Below are positions 49,027-59,103 of a stretch of 64,000 nt of DNA, piece by piece. A program made the translations under genes and the position numbers. The notes beneath the pieces are model-generated. The model was not told the origin of the DNA. It ran no database searches and worked only from the letters and a program-made list of their open reading frames with translations. The DNA is from a bacterium. GTDB taxonomy: Bacteria; Patescibacteriota; Dojkabacteria; JAKAPS01; JAJZLI01. The first letter of the stretch is position 1. Each line of letters begins with the position of its first letter. The DNA is taken from NCBI GenBank assembly GCA_021810605.1, contig JAJZIL010000001.1:604-64603 (forward strand). Reading direction: 5' to 3'.

Positions 49027-49172
49027 ATATATATTATTATACCTTCTATTACAAATTTTTAATAATTATAGAATCTATTAAATTTTAAATCTATCTATAT
49101 CTTCACTTTACCATTTTTCAAAATATCATTAAATGTATACAAGTATATTTATGATATAATCTATATACATAT

Positions 49173-50084
49173 ATGAAGAAAATAGACTTATCCATAATAA
49201 TAGTTACATATAATGTCAAAAAGCTTTTAATTGATTGTTTGAAATCAATAGATAAAAATAAGGATATACTAACAAAAGAAATATTCATAGTTGATAACGG
49301 AAATGATGATACTTATAAAATTTTTGAAAATAATAAAGAATATATATATATAAAAAGTAAATCAAATATTGGATTTTCTAAAGCTAATAATATAGCGCTA
49401 AAACAAGCAAAAGGGGAATATATATTAATACTCAATCCCGATACCAAACTAAAAAAAGATACTCTTTTTACAATGTATAAATTTATGGAAGACAATAAAG
49501 ACATAGGTCTATCTACTTGTCCTCTATATCTTCCAGACAAAAGTTTAGATAAAGCATGTCGAAGACACTTCCCTACTATTAAGAGTGCTTTTGGAAAGAT
49601 ATTTAAATTCTCCTCAATATCATCCAAATTTAGAGGATATAACATCGAGATTGATAATGATCTACAAACTGAAATTGATGCATGTTCAGGAGCATTTATG
49701 TTTATACGCACAACTGTATTCAAAGGAGATAGAAAACATAGAAAAGTTGCATTTTTTGATGAAGCATTTTGGGCTATGGGAGAAGATCTTGATTTATGTT
49801 ATAGAATAAAAAAATCTCAATGGAGAATAACATTCTATCCCAAAACATCTATACTACACTACAAAGGAGCATCTGGAGGATTAAAAAAATCTAGTAGTAA
49901 ACTTAGTAGTGCCGATATGAAAACAAAAAAAAGATGGATAAAGGCATACTCTGATGCTATGTATATATTTTATAAAAAGCATTATCTAAAAAAACATACA
50001 CAATTTATAAATTTCTTGGTTATATTAGGAATCAAAATATATTATTTTACAAGTATAGTAAAATTGTCTCTTACTGGGAAATAG
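49173..50084 (+). CDS. glycosyltransferase family 2
   Basis: 303 aa. LSIIIVTYNVKKLLIDCLKSI, LNPDT and GAFMFIR. Confidence 0.8.
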   Translation: MKKIDLSIIIVTYNVKKLLIDCLKSIDKNKDILTKEIFIVDNGNDDTYKIFENNKEYIYIKSKSNIGFSKANNIALKQAKGEYILILNPDTKLKKDTLFTMYKFMEDNKDIGLSTCPLYLPDKSLDKACRRHFPTIKSAFGKIFKFSSISSKFRGYNIEIDNDLQTEIDACSGAFMFIRTTVFKGDRKHRKVAFFDEAFWAMGEDLDLCYRIKKSQWRITFYPKTSILHYKGASGGLKKSSSKLSSADMKTKKRWIKAYSDAMYIFYKKHYLKKHTQFINFLVILGIKIYYFTSIVKLSLTGK

Positions 50085-50167
50085 TATACATAAGAGAATA
50101 ATATTATATTTCTCACGGACCTATTGTACTAGATAATATTAAAGAAAATGTTTATATTAGAAATTTC

Positions 50168-50476
50168 TTAAAATTTTGAAGCAGAAGATTCATTTTGAGA
50201 AAGAAGGTTATTCAAAGATGAGAAACTTGTAGTATTAATATAATTGATAGCGCTATTTAAGCTTGAAGATGAAGTAATACTAGGAACATTAGAATTACTT
50301 GTCTGTGTCTTCATAATAATACTATTATCTAAAGATGATTGATAGTTTGCAGCATTAACTAACTCTATTAGAGATAATCCAAATAGTAATAATAGAATAA
50401 CTGCCAAAACCCTATATATGTTAATATCTCTTTTTAATGTTTTTATTGTTTCAAATTCACTTTTTTCCTCTACCAT
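50168..50476 (-). CDS. small membrane-anchored S/N-rich hypothetical protein
   Basis: 102 aa. TM VLAVILLLLFGLSLIELV. Confidence 0.35.
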   Translation of the reverse strand: MVEEKSEFETIKTLKRDINIYRVLAVILLLLFGLSLIELVNAANYQSSLDNSIIMKTQTSNSNVPSITSSSSLNSAINYINTTSFSSLNNLLSQNESSASKF

Positions 50477-50478
50477 AA

Positions 50479-51102
50479 TTATTTAGATGATGTATTAGTA
50501 CTAGGTATAGTTCCTACTGCACTTTTAACTGCAAATAAAAGATTTACAACAGCTGTTTTATATAAATTTAGATCATTAATTTCTATCTTCATATCAGAAT
50601 TAAAAGCTAAAATTTGAGCCTGAGGATTAGCACTAGTACAAGAGAAATTAGCATAATCCAGATTAAATTGATTTAGTTGACCTTGAGCTGTATCTTGAGC
50701 ATTGAGTACGGTATTCAAAAGTGAAGAATAATTTATAATAACTATTCCTTTTGGAATAACTGTTCTATTATAGTAACTTTCTACATTTGAAGTTATAACT
50801 GAAAATCTATTAATTATATTATTAGAAAGATTATACATTTGACTGTCTCTTTTCTTTATATTATTTTTATGTACAAGACAAGCTTGTTGCATACCTACAG
50901 CAGAGTGAGTTACTACATTAGTATTTTTTGCTTTTGAACTTATTGCCTGAGAAGAGTTATTAGTTACAGAAACTTTTGAACTTGTTTTATTTACAGGAGG
51001 AGTAGTCTTATAATTAACACTTGAAGGAACACTTGCATAAACATAATTAGCAGAAAAAACTGCTACCAAAAATGCTACTGGTAATAAATATCTTAATTTC
51101 AT
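50479..51102 (-). CDS. secreted hypothetical protein
   Basis: 207 aa. Signal peptide MKLRYLLPVAFLVAVFSANYVYAS. Confidence 0.45.
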   Translation of the reverse strand: MKLRYLLPVAFLVAVFSANYVYASVPSSVNYKTTPPVNKTSSKVSVTNNSSQAISSKAKNTNVVTHSAVGMQQACLVHKNNIKKRDSQMYNLSNNIINRFSVITSNVESYYNRTVIPKGIVIINYSSLLNTVLNAQDTAQGQLNQFNLDYANFSCTSANPQAQILAFNSDMKIEINDLNLYKTAVVNLLFAVKSAVGTIPSTNTSSK

Positions 51103-51409
51103 ACAAATAAAGAATATAACTATTAAAAAACTTTTTCAACTATCTTTTAAATTAACTATTGTAACAATAAAAAATAATAGTATAATGGATTGAGTATATG
51201 GATAAAAAGTTTAAAATTACATTTAAAGATATATTAATAATAATCCTTTTTATAATAATACTCTACCTTGTCTATAGGGATTATTCTATTAATTCAAAAT
51301 ATATAAATTTACAAAATAAGCTTCAAACTAACTCAAATAGCATAATTCCAAAACTTTAATTTATTTTTAAAGATATAAAATTATTTTATTTATATGATAT
51401 AATTTTTCC

Positions 51410-53611
51410 ATGAATATAGAGGAGAAAGCATATAATCCAAAATCTGTTGAAGAAAATATTCTAAATTTTTGGCAAGATAATAATCTGTATTCACCAGAAT
51501 ATAAATCTAATAAAAATAGAAAAAAAACTTTTTCGATAATATTACCTCCTCCTAATGCTAATAGTTCTCTTCACTTAGGAACAATGAGTGGAAATACTAT
51601 TCAAGATATTCTAGGAAGATATCACAGGATGATTGGTGATAAGGTATTACTTATTCCTGGAAAGGATCATGCTGCAATTCAAACTGAAGTTGTATTTGAA
51701 AAAATATTAGAGAAAAAAGGTATAAAAAAAAGAGATCTTACCAGAGAAGATTTTTATACTCAATGCTATGAATTTTGTATGCAAAACAGAAAAATAGCAA
51801 AGACTCAAGAGCTGAATATAGGTCTTAGTGCTGACTATTCTAGAGAAAGATTTACACTTGATAACGATATCACCAATATGGTTTATGATACATTCATAAG
51901 AATGTTTAATGAAGGATATATATATAGAGGAAAAAGAATTATTAATTGGTGCATTAAAGATCAAACAGCACTAGCAGATATTGATACTGAGTATAGAGAA
52001 GAGGAAGGAAAATTATACTATATAAAATATGGGGATCTTACTGTAGCAACTACAAGACCAGAGACAAAAATGGCTGATGTTGCATTAGCAGTAAATCCAA
52101 AAGATAAGAGATATAAACATCTTATAGGAAAAAGCATACAGATAGTATCAATAGAAGGAGAAAGATCATTGCCTATAATAGGAGATAGAGGAGTAGATCC
52201 TGAATTTGGAACAGGAGTTTTAAAAGTAACTCCTGGACACTCAAAGGAGGATTTTAAAATTGGAGAGAATAATAATCTTCCTATAATTAGTGTTATTGAT
52301 ACAAGAGGAAGAATAACTTATGGAAAATATAAAGATTTAAAAATAAAAGAAGGAAGAGAAAAAATAGTTGAGGATCTTCAAAAATTAGGTTTGATTGAAA
52401 AAATTGAAGATATAAAACATAACATACAAATATGTGAGCGATGTAAGCAAGAGATAGAACCATTAATATCTTATCAATGGTTTATAAGAACAAAAGATTT
52501 TGCAAAAGAAGCCATTAAAGCTAGTGAGAATAATGAGATACATTTTTATCCTAAAAGACAAGAAAACAATTATATGAGATTTTTGGAAAATATTGAAGAT
52601 TGGTGTATCTCTAGACAACAATGGTGGGGACAAAGAATCCCTGCATATTACTGTGGAGGAAAAGAGACAATCATTGATAGTAAGGGTGATATAACTGAAA
52701 AGATCTTAGGCTGTGGAGAAATAATAGTTTCTAAAGATAAGCCAAACGAATGTCCTAAATGTGGAAATAAAAATATTGTACAAGATGAAGATATCTTTGA
52801 CACGTGGTTTTCCTCTACTCAATGGCCTTACTCTGTACTTGGAGGAGTTGGAAGTAAGGATTATAAAGAATTTTATCCAACAAATGTTATGGAGACAGGA
52901 AGAGACATACTGTTTTTCTGGGTAGCAAGAATGGTTATGATGTGTATTTATACAACTGGAAAGGTACCTTTTTCAAAAGTTTATCTGCATGGGCTAGTTC
53001 TAGACAAAGAAGGTCAAAAACAATCAAAATCAAAGGGTAATGGTATTGATCCAAAAGATATGATTGATAAATATGGAACGGATGCATTAAGACTTTCATT
53101 AGTATCCTCCATATCCCCAGATCAAGATTTTAGATTATATGATGAAAAGGTTAAAGGTTTTAGAAATTTTATAAATAAAATATATAATTCTTCTAGATTT
53201 ATATTTTTAAAAATAGGAGACCTAACAGAGGATGAGAAATCAAAGCTTAAAAAACTTATAGCTTCAGGGAATATTCATACTAAAACAAATATAAAAATAC
53301 ATGCAGAAATGCATGATCATATTTCTAATATAAATAGATTTATGAAAAATTTTGAGATAGGATTAGCAGCATTTCAAATTCAAAATTTCTATCACCATAC
53401 ATTTTGCGATATATACTTAGAAGAGATGAAAGCACATAATAGTATTGAAGCTAAGGCTGATCTTATAAATATATTCTTACAAAATATTCTACTTATGCAT
53501 CCTTTTATCCCTTTTATAACTGAAAATATATATCAAATATTAAAAGAAGAAAACCTCATTGACAGTAGTGAAGATTCAATAATGTATGAGAAATATCCTG
53601 GGATAAAATAG
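51410..53611 (+). CDS. valS: valyl-tRNA synthetase (compact form lacking C-terminal coiled-coil)
   Basis: 733 aa. PPPNANSSLHLGT (HIGH-region with Thr in place of the last His), TTRPETKMADVALAVNPKDKRY (CP1 editing block), WCISRQQWWGQRIP and KQSKSKGNGIDP (KMSKS variant). Confidence 0.9.
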   Translation: MNIEEKAYNPKSVEENILNFWQDNNLYSPEYKSNKNRKKTFSIILPPPNANSSLHLGTMSGNTIQDILGRYHRMIGDKVLLIPGKDHAAIQTEVVFEKILEKKGIKKRDLTREDFYTQCYEFCMQNRKIAKTQELNIGLSADYSRERFTLDNDITNMVYDTFIRMFNEGYIYRGKRIINWCIKDQTALADIDTEYREEEGKLYYIKYGDLTVATTRPETKMADVALAVNPKDKRYKHLIGKSIQIVSIEGERSLPIIGDRGVDPEFGTGVLKVTPGHSKEDFKIGENNNLPIISVIDTRGRITYGKYKDLKIKEGREKIVEDLQKLGLIEKIEDIKHNIQICERCKQEIEPLISYQWFIRTKDFAKEAIKASENNEIHFYPKRQENNYMRFLENIEDWCISRQQWWGQRIPAYYCGGKETIIDSKGDITEKILGCGEIIVSKDKPNECPKCGNKNIVQDEDIFDTWFSSTQWPYSVLGGVGSKDYKEFYPTNVMETGRDILFFWVARMVMMCIYTTGKVPFSKVYLHGLVLDKEGQKQSKSKGNGIDPKDMIDKYGTDALRLSLVSSISPDQDFRLYDEKVKGFRNFINKIYNSSRFIFLKIGDLTEDEKSKLKKLIASGNIHTKTNIKIHAEMHDHISNINRFMKNFEIGLAAFQIQNFYHHTFCDIYLEEMKAHNSIEAKADLINIFLQNILLMHPFIPFITENIYQILKEENLIDSSEDSIMYEKYPGIK

Positions 53612-53651
53612 ATTAAATTGATAAATTAGATATAAATATGATATTATTCTT

Positions 53652-54311
53652 TTGTTTATGAAAGATAACATACAGCTAGAAGCTCAAAAAAGAACAATAA
53701 AAGGAAAAGAAGTAGCAGTTCTAAGAAAAGAAGGACTACTTCCTGCTGCTATTTTTGGAATCAATGGAAACCTAAATATCTCTTTAAATAAAAAGGTTTT
53801 CTTGAAAATTTTTGAAAAGTCTCAATATACATCAATAATAGAAATAAAATTGAAAGATGAAACTCATAATGTACTTACATCTGAAATTCAAGTTCATCCA
53901 GTCACAAATGAAGTATTAAATGTTACTTTCCATGAAGTTTCACTAACTGAAAAAGTTAATACAGATGTTCCTATTGAACTTATTGGAGAAGCTCCAGCTA
54001 TAAAAACATATAATGGAATATTAATACACTCTATACAAGAAATTGAAATAGAAGCTCTTCCAAAGAATATTCCTCAAAGTATTGATATTGATATATCTGG
54101 ATTAATAGATATAGGAGATTCAATTCTTGTAAAGGATATACAATTACCAGAAGGAGTTGAATTAGTATCAAAAGAAGAAGATGATCTAGATGTTGCTATA
54201 GTAACAATATCTCCTCCTACAGAAGAAAGTGTAGAAGAAGACGTAGAGATATCTCCAGAGGATGTAGAGATAATCAACGAAAAGAAAGAAGATAAATCTG
54301 AAGAAGAATAA
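53652..54311 (+). CDS. rplY: 50S ribosomal protein bL25 / general stress protein Ctc
   Basis: 219 aa. L25/Ctc N-terminal domain (LEAQKRTIKGKEVAVLRKEGLLPAAIFG), second beta-barrel, and an acidic C-terminal tail. Confidence 0.8.
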   Translation: MFMKDNIQLEAQKRTIKGKEVAVLRKEGLLPAAIFGINGNLNISLNKKVFLKIFEKSQYTSIIEIKLKDETHNVLTSEIQVHPVTNEVLNVTFHEVSLTEKVNTDVPIELIGEAPAIKTYNGILIHSIQEIEIEALPKNIPQSIDIDISGLIDIGDSILVKDIQLPEGVELVSKEEDDLDVAIVTISPPTEESVEEDVEISPEDVEIINEKKEDKSEEE

Positions 54312-54373
54312 TCCTATCGGTCAATAATTGGATAAGAATTTTAAATATAAATCTTATTTAGTTTTAATAATAA

Positions 54374-54784
54374 TCAATAAGTATAAATAATATTTTTACT
54401 TTTGGGATTTATTCCATGGTTTAATAAAAACTTCTTAGCTTCATTTGTTTTACTGTGCACTTGAGATAAGACAGTTTTAGGATCTAGAAAGTTTATACCT
54501 ATGATATGGACATACACTTTATCACCTTTAATATTACCACTTGAATTGCTTCCTGAAACATAATGAATTGAGAAATTTTCACCACTATAATTAAGTGCTC
54601 CTAAGCTAAACTTAGATTTATTTATTACTGGAACTCCTTTTGGTATATTTATATTATTTGATATCCCAGATGAAGGATTTAAATCAAAAGCTCCTTGTAA
54701 TAAAGAAATGATTATTATAATTACTATAATAGATATTAATAAATAAATAATTTTTCTATTTTTTTGTATAAATGTTAAATTCAT
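54374..54784 (-). CDS. small N-terminally anchored protein, paralog of 55551-55949
   Basis: 136 aa. MNLT..., TM, then PKGVPVINKSKF...HYV...GKNIIYTY, alignable to the 132-aa paralog. Confidence 0.45.
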   Translation of the reverse strand: MNLTFIQKNRKIIYLLISIIVIIIIISLLQGAFDLNPSSGISNNINIPKGVPVINKSKFSLGALNYSGENFSIHYVSGSNSSGNIKGDKVYVHIIGINFLDPKTVLSQVHSKTNEAKKFLLNHGINPKSKNIIYTY

Positions 54785-55542
54785 CCGCTTATTATAATCT
54801 GTGGACCTATAAATGTACTTAAAAATTCTTTTAAACTAGATCTTTGAGAACTATTTGATACTCCAGCAGAACCCACTATAGGAGTATATTCCTCCATCAT
54901 ATATGTAAATAGATCAGTAGTTTTACATTCTGAGTTAGTACCACTACCAGCAACTGCATATCCTGTAGATTTCATTTCTTGTTCAAAAGTAGTTTTATAA
55001 CTAATAAAACTTTGAATAACACAACTTAATCCTGATTGAAATGGTTCTGGGCCAGGAGGACAATTAAAATTTTCTCCATTAGAACCAGGAGCACTAAAAG
55101 TACTTTCTTGTCCCCAGATAGCTGCAATAAATCTAGGATCACAATAATAATTTCCTGAAGAACTCTGACATTCAGATATTATCTGATTTATATTACTAAA
55201 ATGAGAAAAACCAAGACTTGATAAATAACTCTCCATTAAATTAAAATCTGAATTATTTAAAGAAATATTTCCAGAAATAGATATTAAAGGTTGAGAAGTT
55301 GTCCAAGGCTCAGGACAATACCCTGTTGATACAGGAATCGGGGATGTAATAGTAGAAGAACTAGATCCACTTAATATTATACCCGAAGGATTATTATATT
55401 CAGAAATTGTATTTGTACACCAAGGTTGTAACTCAACTCCAGTAGCATAAAGATTTTTAGGGTGTAGAATAAAAATAGCTAAAACTATAATAAAAGTAAA
55501 TGTAAAGATATTTTTTATATATTTATAGTCCTTGTTTTCCAT
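54781..55542 (-). CDS. secreted Cys-rich protein, possible lytic-transglycosylase (SLT)-like hydrolase
   Basis: 253 aa. N-terminal TM/signal. FIAAIWGQESTFS resembles the SLT 'aIa.qESgfn' catalytic block. The downstream GLMQ-type motif was not found. Confidence 0.35.
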   Translation of the reverse strand: MENKDYKYIKNIFTFTFIIVLAIFILHPKNLYATGVELQPWCTNTISEYNNPSGIILSGSSSSTITSPIPVSTGYCPEPWTTSQPLISISGNISLNNSDFNLMESYLSSLGFSHFSNINQIISECQSSSGNYYCDPRFIAAIWGQESTFSAPGSNGENFNCPPGPEPFQSGLSCVIQSFISYKTTFEQEMKSTGYAVAGSGTNSECKTTDLFTYMMEEYTPIVGSAGVSNSSQRSSLKEFLSTFIGPQIIISG

Positions 55543-55550
55543 TATTTAAC

Positions 55551-55949
55551 CTAATTATATACATATATAATATTTTTTCCTTTTGGATTTATACCGTATT
55601 TTCTTAAATAATTTTGAGCAAGACTAAGATATTCAGATTCCTGACTTTTTAAAAGAGAATTCTGGTAGAAATTAATATTTTTTATATCTACATAAATTTT
55701 TCCTCCTTTTGAAGGATTCTTTGGAACATTTGGAACATAATGAACATCAAAGTTAAAACTATTATAATCTATAGCACTTAGTTTAAAAAGCTTTATATTT
55801 GCAATAGGAACTCCTTTGGGAACTTTTATAGTTTTTTCATTATTATTCTGAAAAAAAAGACTAAATATAATACTTATTATAATAACAATTAGTATTATAG
55901 GAATAACATAATTCAATTTAAACTTTGCTCTTATTTCTGTTAAATTCAT
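55551..55949 (-). CDS. small N-terminally anchored protein, paralog of 54374-54784
   Basis: 132 aa. MNLTEIRAKF..., TM, then KVPKGVPIANIKLFKL...HYV...GKNIIYVYN. Confidence 0.45.
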   Translation of the reverse strand: MNLTEIRAKFKLNYVIPIILIVIIISIIFSLFFQNNNEKTIKVPKGVPIANIKLFKLSAIDYNSFNFDVHYVPNVPKNPSKGGKIYVDIKNINFYQNSLLKSQESEYLSLAQNYLRKYGINPKGKNIIYVYN

Positions 55950-55983
55950 AATTATATTATAATACTGTTTCCAAATTATATCT

Positions 55984-58263
55984 TTAATTCCAAACTGGCC
56001 AATTAGAAGGAATTGTTCCTGGAGAAATATTTGTTCCCTGAACTTTTCCAGGTGGAGCCCCTAATGAAGCAAGTAGTTCACTATAATTTATACCATATGC
56101 AGTAGAATTTCCAACTGTACCGTTAAATTGACTTGCACCAGCTGCTATATCAGAAATACCATTTGCCCAACCAGTTTCTATTCCATACCCACAATTTATC
56201 ATATTACCTATAACAGTATTTGTTGTAACTGTTTCCCCTACAGTAACAGTAGGATTAATACATTCTGCAACATATGAATATAGACCTGCAGCAGGACCAG
56301 AAGTTAACTGTTCTTCTATAAAAATATTATTAGGACCCCATCCACTCCCATTTGGAGCATTTACATATGTTATTCTCCCTGGACCAAGAGCATATACTGG
56401 GCCTGTACCTGAATAATCAACTCCTTGATCAATTCTCTCTGGAGACAAATTTGATACTGATCTTAAAGGATTCTGATATATTCCTGTTGCAGATACAGAT
56501 GTATTTGTATTTGAACTTGTAAGTATATATTTGACAGGAGTAGATTGTGTACAAGCAAAAGGATTATATGAACCTAAATCAGCTGATACAATTGGATCAT
56601 TTGTAGAAAGAGCTCCTACATAAACAAGGTATAATAGTAATGGATCAGGAAATTGAGATCTATCTGTAATATAATACTCCCCTTCAGGCAAAGGAGAACT
56701 TACACCTGAGTTAGAATTAGTATTTGTAGTATTATTTGAAAAATAAGGTTGAAATTTATGTATATCTAGATTTTCTTCTATTATAGGAACATTCCCTAGC
56801 CAAGGGAATTCATAACTTACTGATTGGCTATTTGTACCAGAACCAGTTGAAGTAAGACAAGCTACAGAGCTAGCTGGTTGTAAAGAAACATTTAAAGATA
56901 CATTTATTCCAATTCCTGAGAACAGATTACTCTGTATTTCTGTAGCTGTTTGAACTTGTCCAATATTAGGTCCTTGAGTAACTGTATAAGAAGTATTATT
57001 TTGCAAAGCAGAAAGTACTCCAGGATAAAGAGAACTAGTTTGAGGATTTACATAATCTTGCCAGGCATTAATATTTGTATGACCAATTGGCTGCCCATCA
57101 TCTAAAGATGCCTCCATATACCATTCATCTGCTAATATTCTATTTAAACCTTGTAGATATAAATTTGGAGAAATACTGTAAGTATAGCTACTTTGACAAT
57201 TTACAATTTTACAACTCTCATTAACATTAATAGTAAAAGGACTACTCATATAACTACTATTTGTAACAGAATTTGTATCTGTTGTATTTTGTTGGCTAGA
57301 TAAAGGACAATACCCTTGAGGAAGATTAGTTATAGGAGGAGTTGGTCCAGACCCAAAAAAATTTAGAACACTATTATAGATACCTCCTAAAAAATTACTA
57401 ATACCAGAGAGCAGATTTGAATTAGATCTATAATATCCTCCTATAGTGTCACTTGAGGTTTTAGTTGGATTATATGGATCTCCATAAGGATCAATTAATT
57501 TACAAGTAAAATTTCCATTATTATTTGATGTAAAAGTAGCACAATCACTATTTATATTATTCTGATTAACAGTTCCAAATTGATTTAAAGGACTACTACT
57601 GACAACAGAACTGTTTGGAAGTTGCAAAGGATTATATTGATTATCTAAAATATAAGTACTTCCTAAGGTAAATAAATCTGCAGCATTCCCAAGATAAGGA
57701 ACTGGAAAAAATGCTACTCCAGAAGAAGGATTCAATGTAGATACTGAAATATTTTCTGTCATTGAATTAGAGCTAACTGTTGAATTTATCAGATTAACAT
57801 TATAACCTCCTAATCCAAGAACATTTGTATTCCCTAGTTCAGAAAAATTTACATAAGGATCCATACCCAATTTTTCAACCAGATATCCATATGGAGTATA
57901 TGGATTTCCTTGCCCATTATTATATGCTGTACCATTAGAATTTATAGAGTCAAAATAATTTAATAAACCAAAATTCTGTAATTGTACATCAAAAGCTAAA
58001 GATTGAGTCGCTTTAAGAGTTTCTGTACCCTTAGAATGATTTACACTAACAACTTTTAATGGAATATTATAACTGAAACTAGAAGGGTTTGTATTACAAG
58101 ATGTAGCCATATGATTAGGAAAACTAAATGGATTTGATCCTGCACTAGGACAAACTACTAAAGGCTCACTAGAAGCATATACACTTCCTACTCTTAGAAA
58201 AAAGACTATTATTATTGAAATAATATATATATATTTATAATGCAATTTTAATTTCGGGTACAT
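55984..58263 (-). CDS. large secreted S/T/N/G-rich surface protein (adhesin/fibre-like)
   Basis: 759 aa. Signal/TM YIYIISIIIVFFLRVGSVYAS. Low-complexity Asn/Ser/Thr-rich. Confidence 0.5.
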   Translation of the reverse strand: MYPKLKLHYKYIYIISIIIVFFLRVGSVYASSEPLVVCPSAGSNPFSFPNHMATSCNTNPSSFSYNIPLKVVSVNHSKGTETLKATQSLAFDVQLQNFGLLNYFDSINSNGTAYNNGQGNPYTPYGYLVEKLGMDPYVNFSELGNTNVLGLGGYNVNLINSTVSSNSMTENISVSTLNPSSGVAFFPVPYLGNAADLFTLGSTYILDNQYNPLQLPNSSVVSSSPLNQFGTVNQNNINSDCATFTSNNNGNFTCKLIDPYGDPYNPTKTSSDTIGGYYRSNSNLLSGISNFLGGIYNSVLNFFGSGPTPPITNLPQGYCPLSSQQNTTDTNSVTNSSYMSSPFTINVNESCKIVNCQSSYTYSISPNLYLQGLNRILADEWYMEASLDDGQPIGHTNINAWQDYVNPQTSSLYPGVLSALQNNTSYTVTQGPNIGQVQTATEIQSNLFSGIGINVSLNVSLQPASSVACLTSTGSGTNSQSVSYEFPWLGNVPIIEENLDIHKFQPYFSNNTTNTNSNSGVSSPLPEGEYYITDRSQFPDPLLLYLVYVGALSTNDPIVSADLGSYNPFACTQSTPVKYILTSSNTNTSVSATGIYQNPLRSVSNLSPERIDQGVDYSGTGPVYALGPGRITYVNAPNGSGWGPNNIFIEEQLTSGPAAGLYSYVAECINPTVTVGETVTTNTVIGNMINCGYGIETGWANGISDIAAGASQFNGTVGNSTAYGINYSELLASLGAPPGKVQGTNISPGTIPSNWPVWN

Positions 58264-59101
58264 ATATATACATTGGTAATATGGTATTATTTATTATATC
58301 AGCTTTTGCAGAAAGGATATATATTGGAATTATATTACTATTTTTAAAGTCAATAAAGAAACCTTGCCTCTCAGAGATAAAAGATATATTTTGAATTTGA
58401 AGATTTGTATTAATATATGAAAATGTTTTACTTAAATTACTACCTTTAAGTATAAAATTAGAACTTATAGCTAATCTTTTAGTTAAATTAAAAGGGTATA
58501 TAGAAAAACTTACAAAATTATTACTATCTGTAAAAATAAATTCATCATAAAATTTCATACCGTCTGGTTTATATATATAGCTATTGTTTATTCTTGGATA
58601 ATAATACAGAATTTGATCTAATCCAGAAAATACTAAATTCTTATCAAAATTAATCCCAGAAATCCCAAATGTATTTGAAATAATAGAATTAGAGTAAGAA
58701 TAAATATTTACTTTTTGAGAATCATTTTTAATTGAATAAAAATAGCTATTATTGCTATAAACTAAAGATTGTTCCCCTACATACCATACAGTTTGATTAC
58801 TAGACTCTGTAGTAGGTGGACTACTTATACCAAGATTTGATGCTATCTGATAATCAGTTTTACTAAAATAGAATGAATAATAATTACTTTGAGATGATTC
58901 TAAATTTAGAGAAAATTTCTGATTAATATTTGATACTGTATCATTTGAGAAATTAACTTTTGGAACACTCTTAGATACGGGTATTGTACTTTTTAAAGAA
59001 CTATTAGTTACAACTTTATTAACATTTGTTCTAAAAGCAAAATATAGATATAAAAGAATTATAAATATTATAAATGGCAAAACTAATCTTAGATATTTCA
59101 T
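58235..59101 (-). CDS. secreted hypothetical protein
   Basis: 288 aa. N-terminal TM LRLVLPFIIFIILLYLYFAF. 29-nt overlap with the downstream gene. Confidence 0.45.
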   Translation of the reverse strand: MKYLRLVLPFIIFIILLYLYFAFRTNVNKVVTNSSLKSTIPVSKSVPKVNFSNDTVSNINQKFSLNLESSQSNYYSFYFSKTDYQIASNLGISSPPTTESSNQTVWYVGEQSLVYSNNSYFYSIKNDSQKVNIYSYSNSIISNTFGISGINFDKNLVFSGLDQILYYYPRINNSYIYKPDGMKFYDEFIFTDSNNFVSFSIYPFNLTKRLAISSNFILKGSNLSKTFSYINTNLQIQNISFISERQGFFIDFKNSNIIPIYILSAKADIINNTILPMYIYVPEIKIAL

Positions 59102-59103
59102 AT

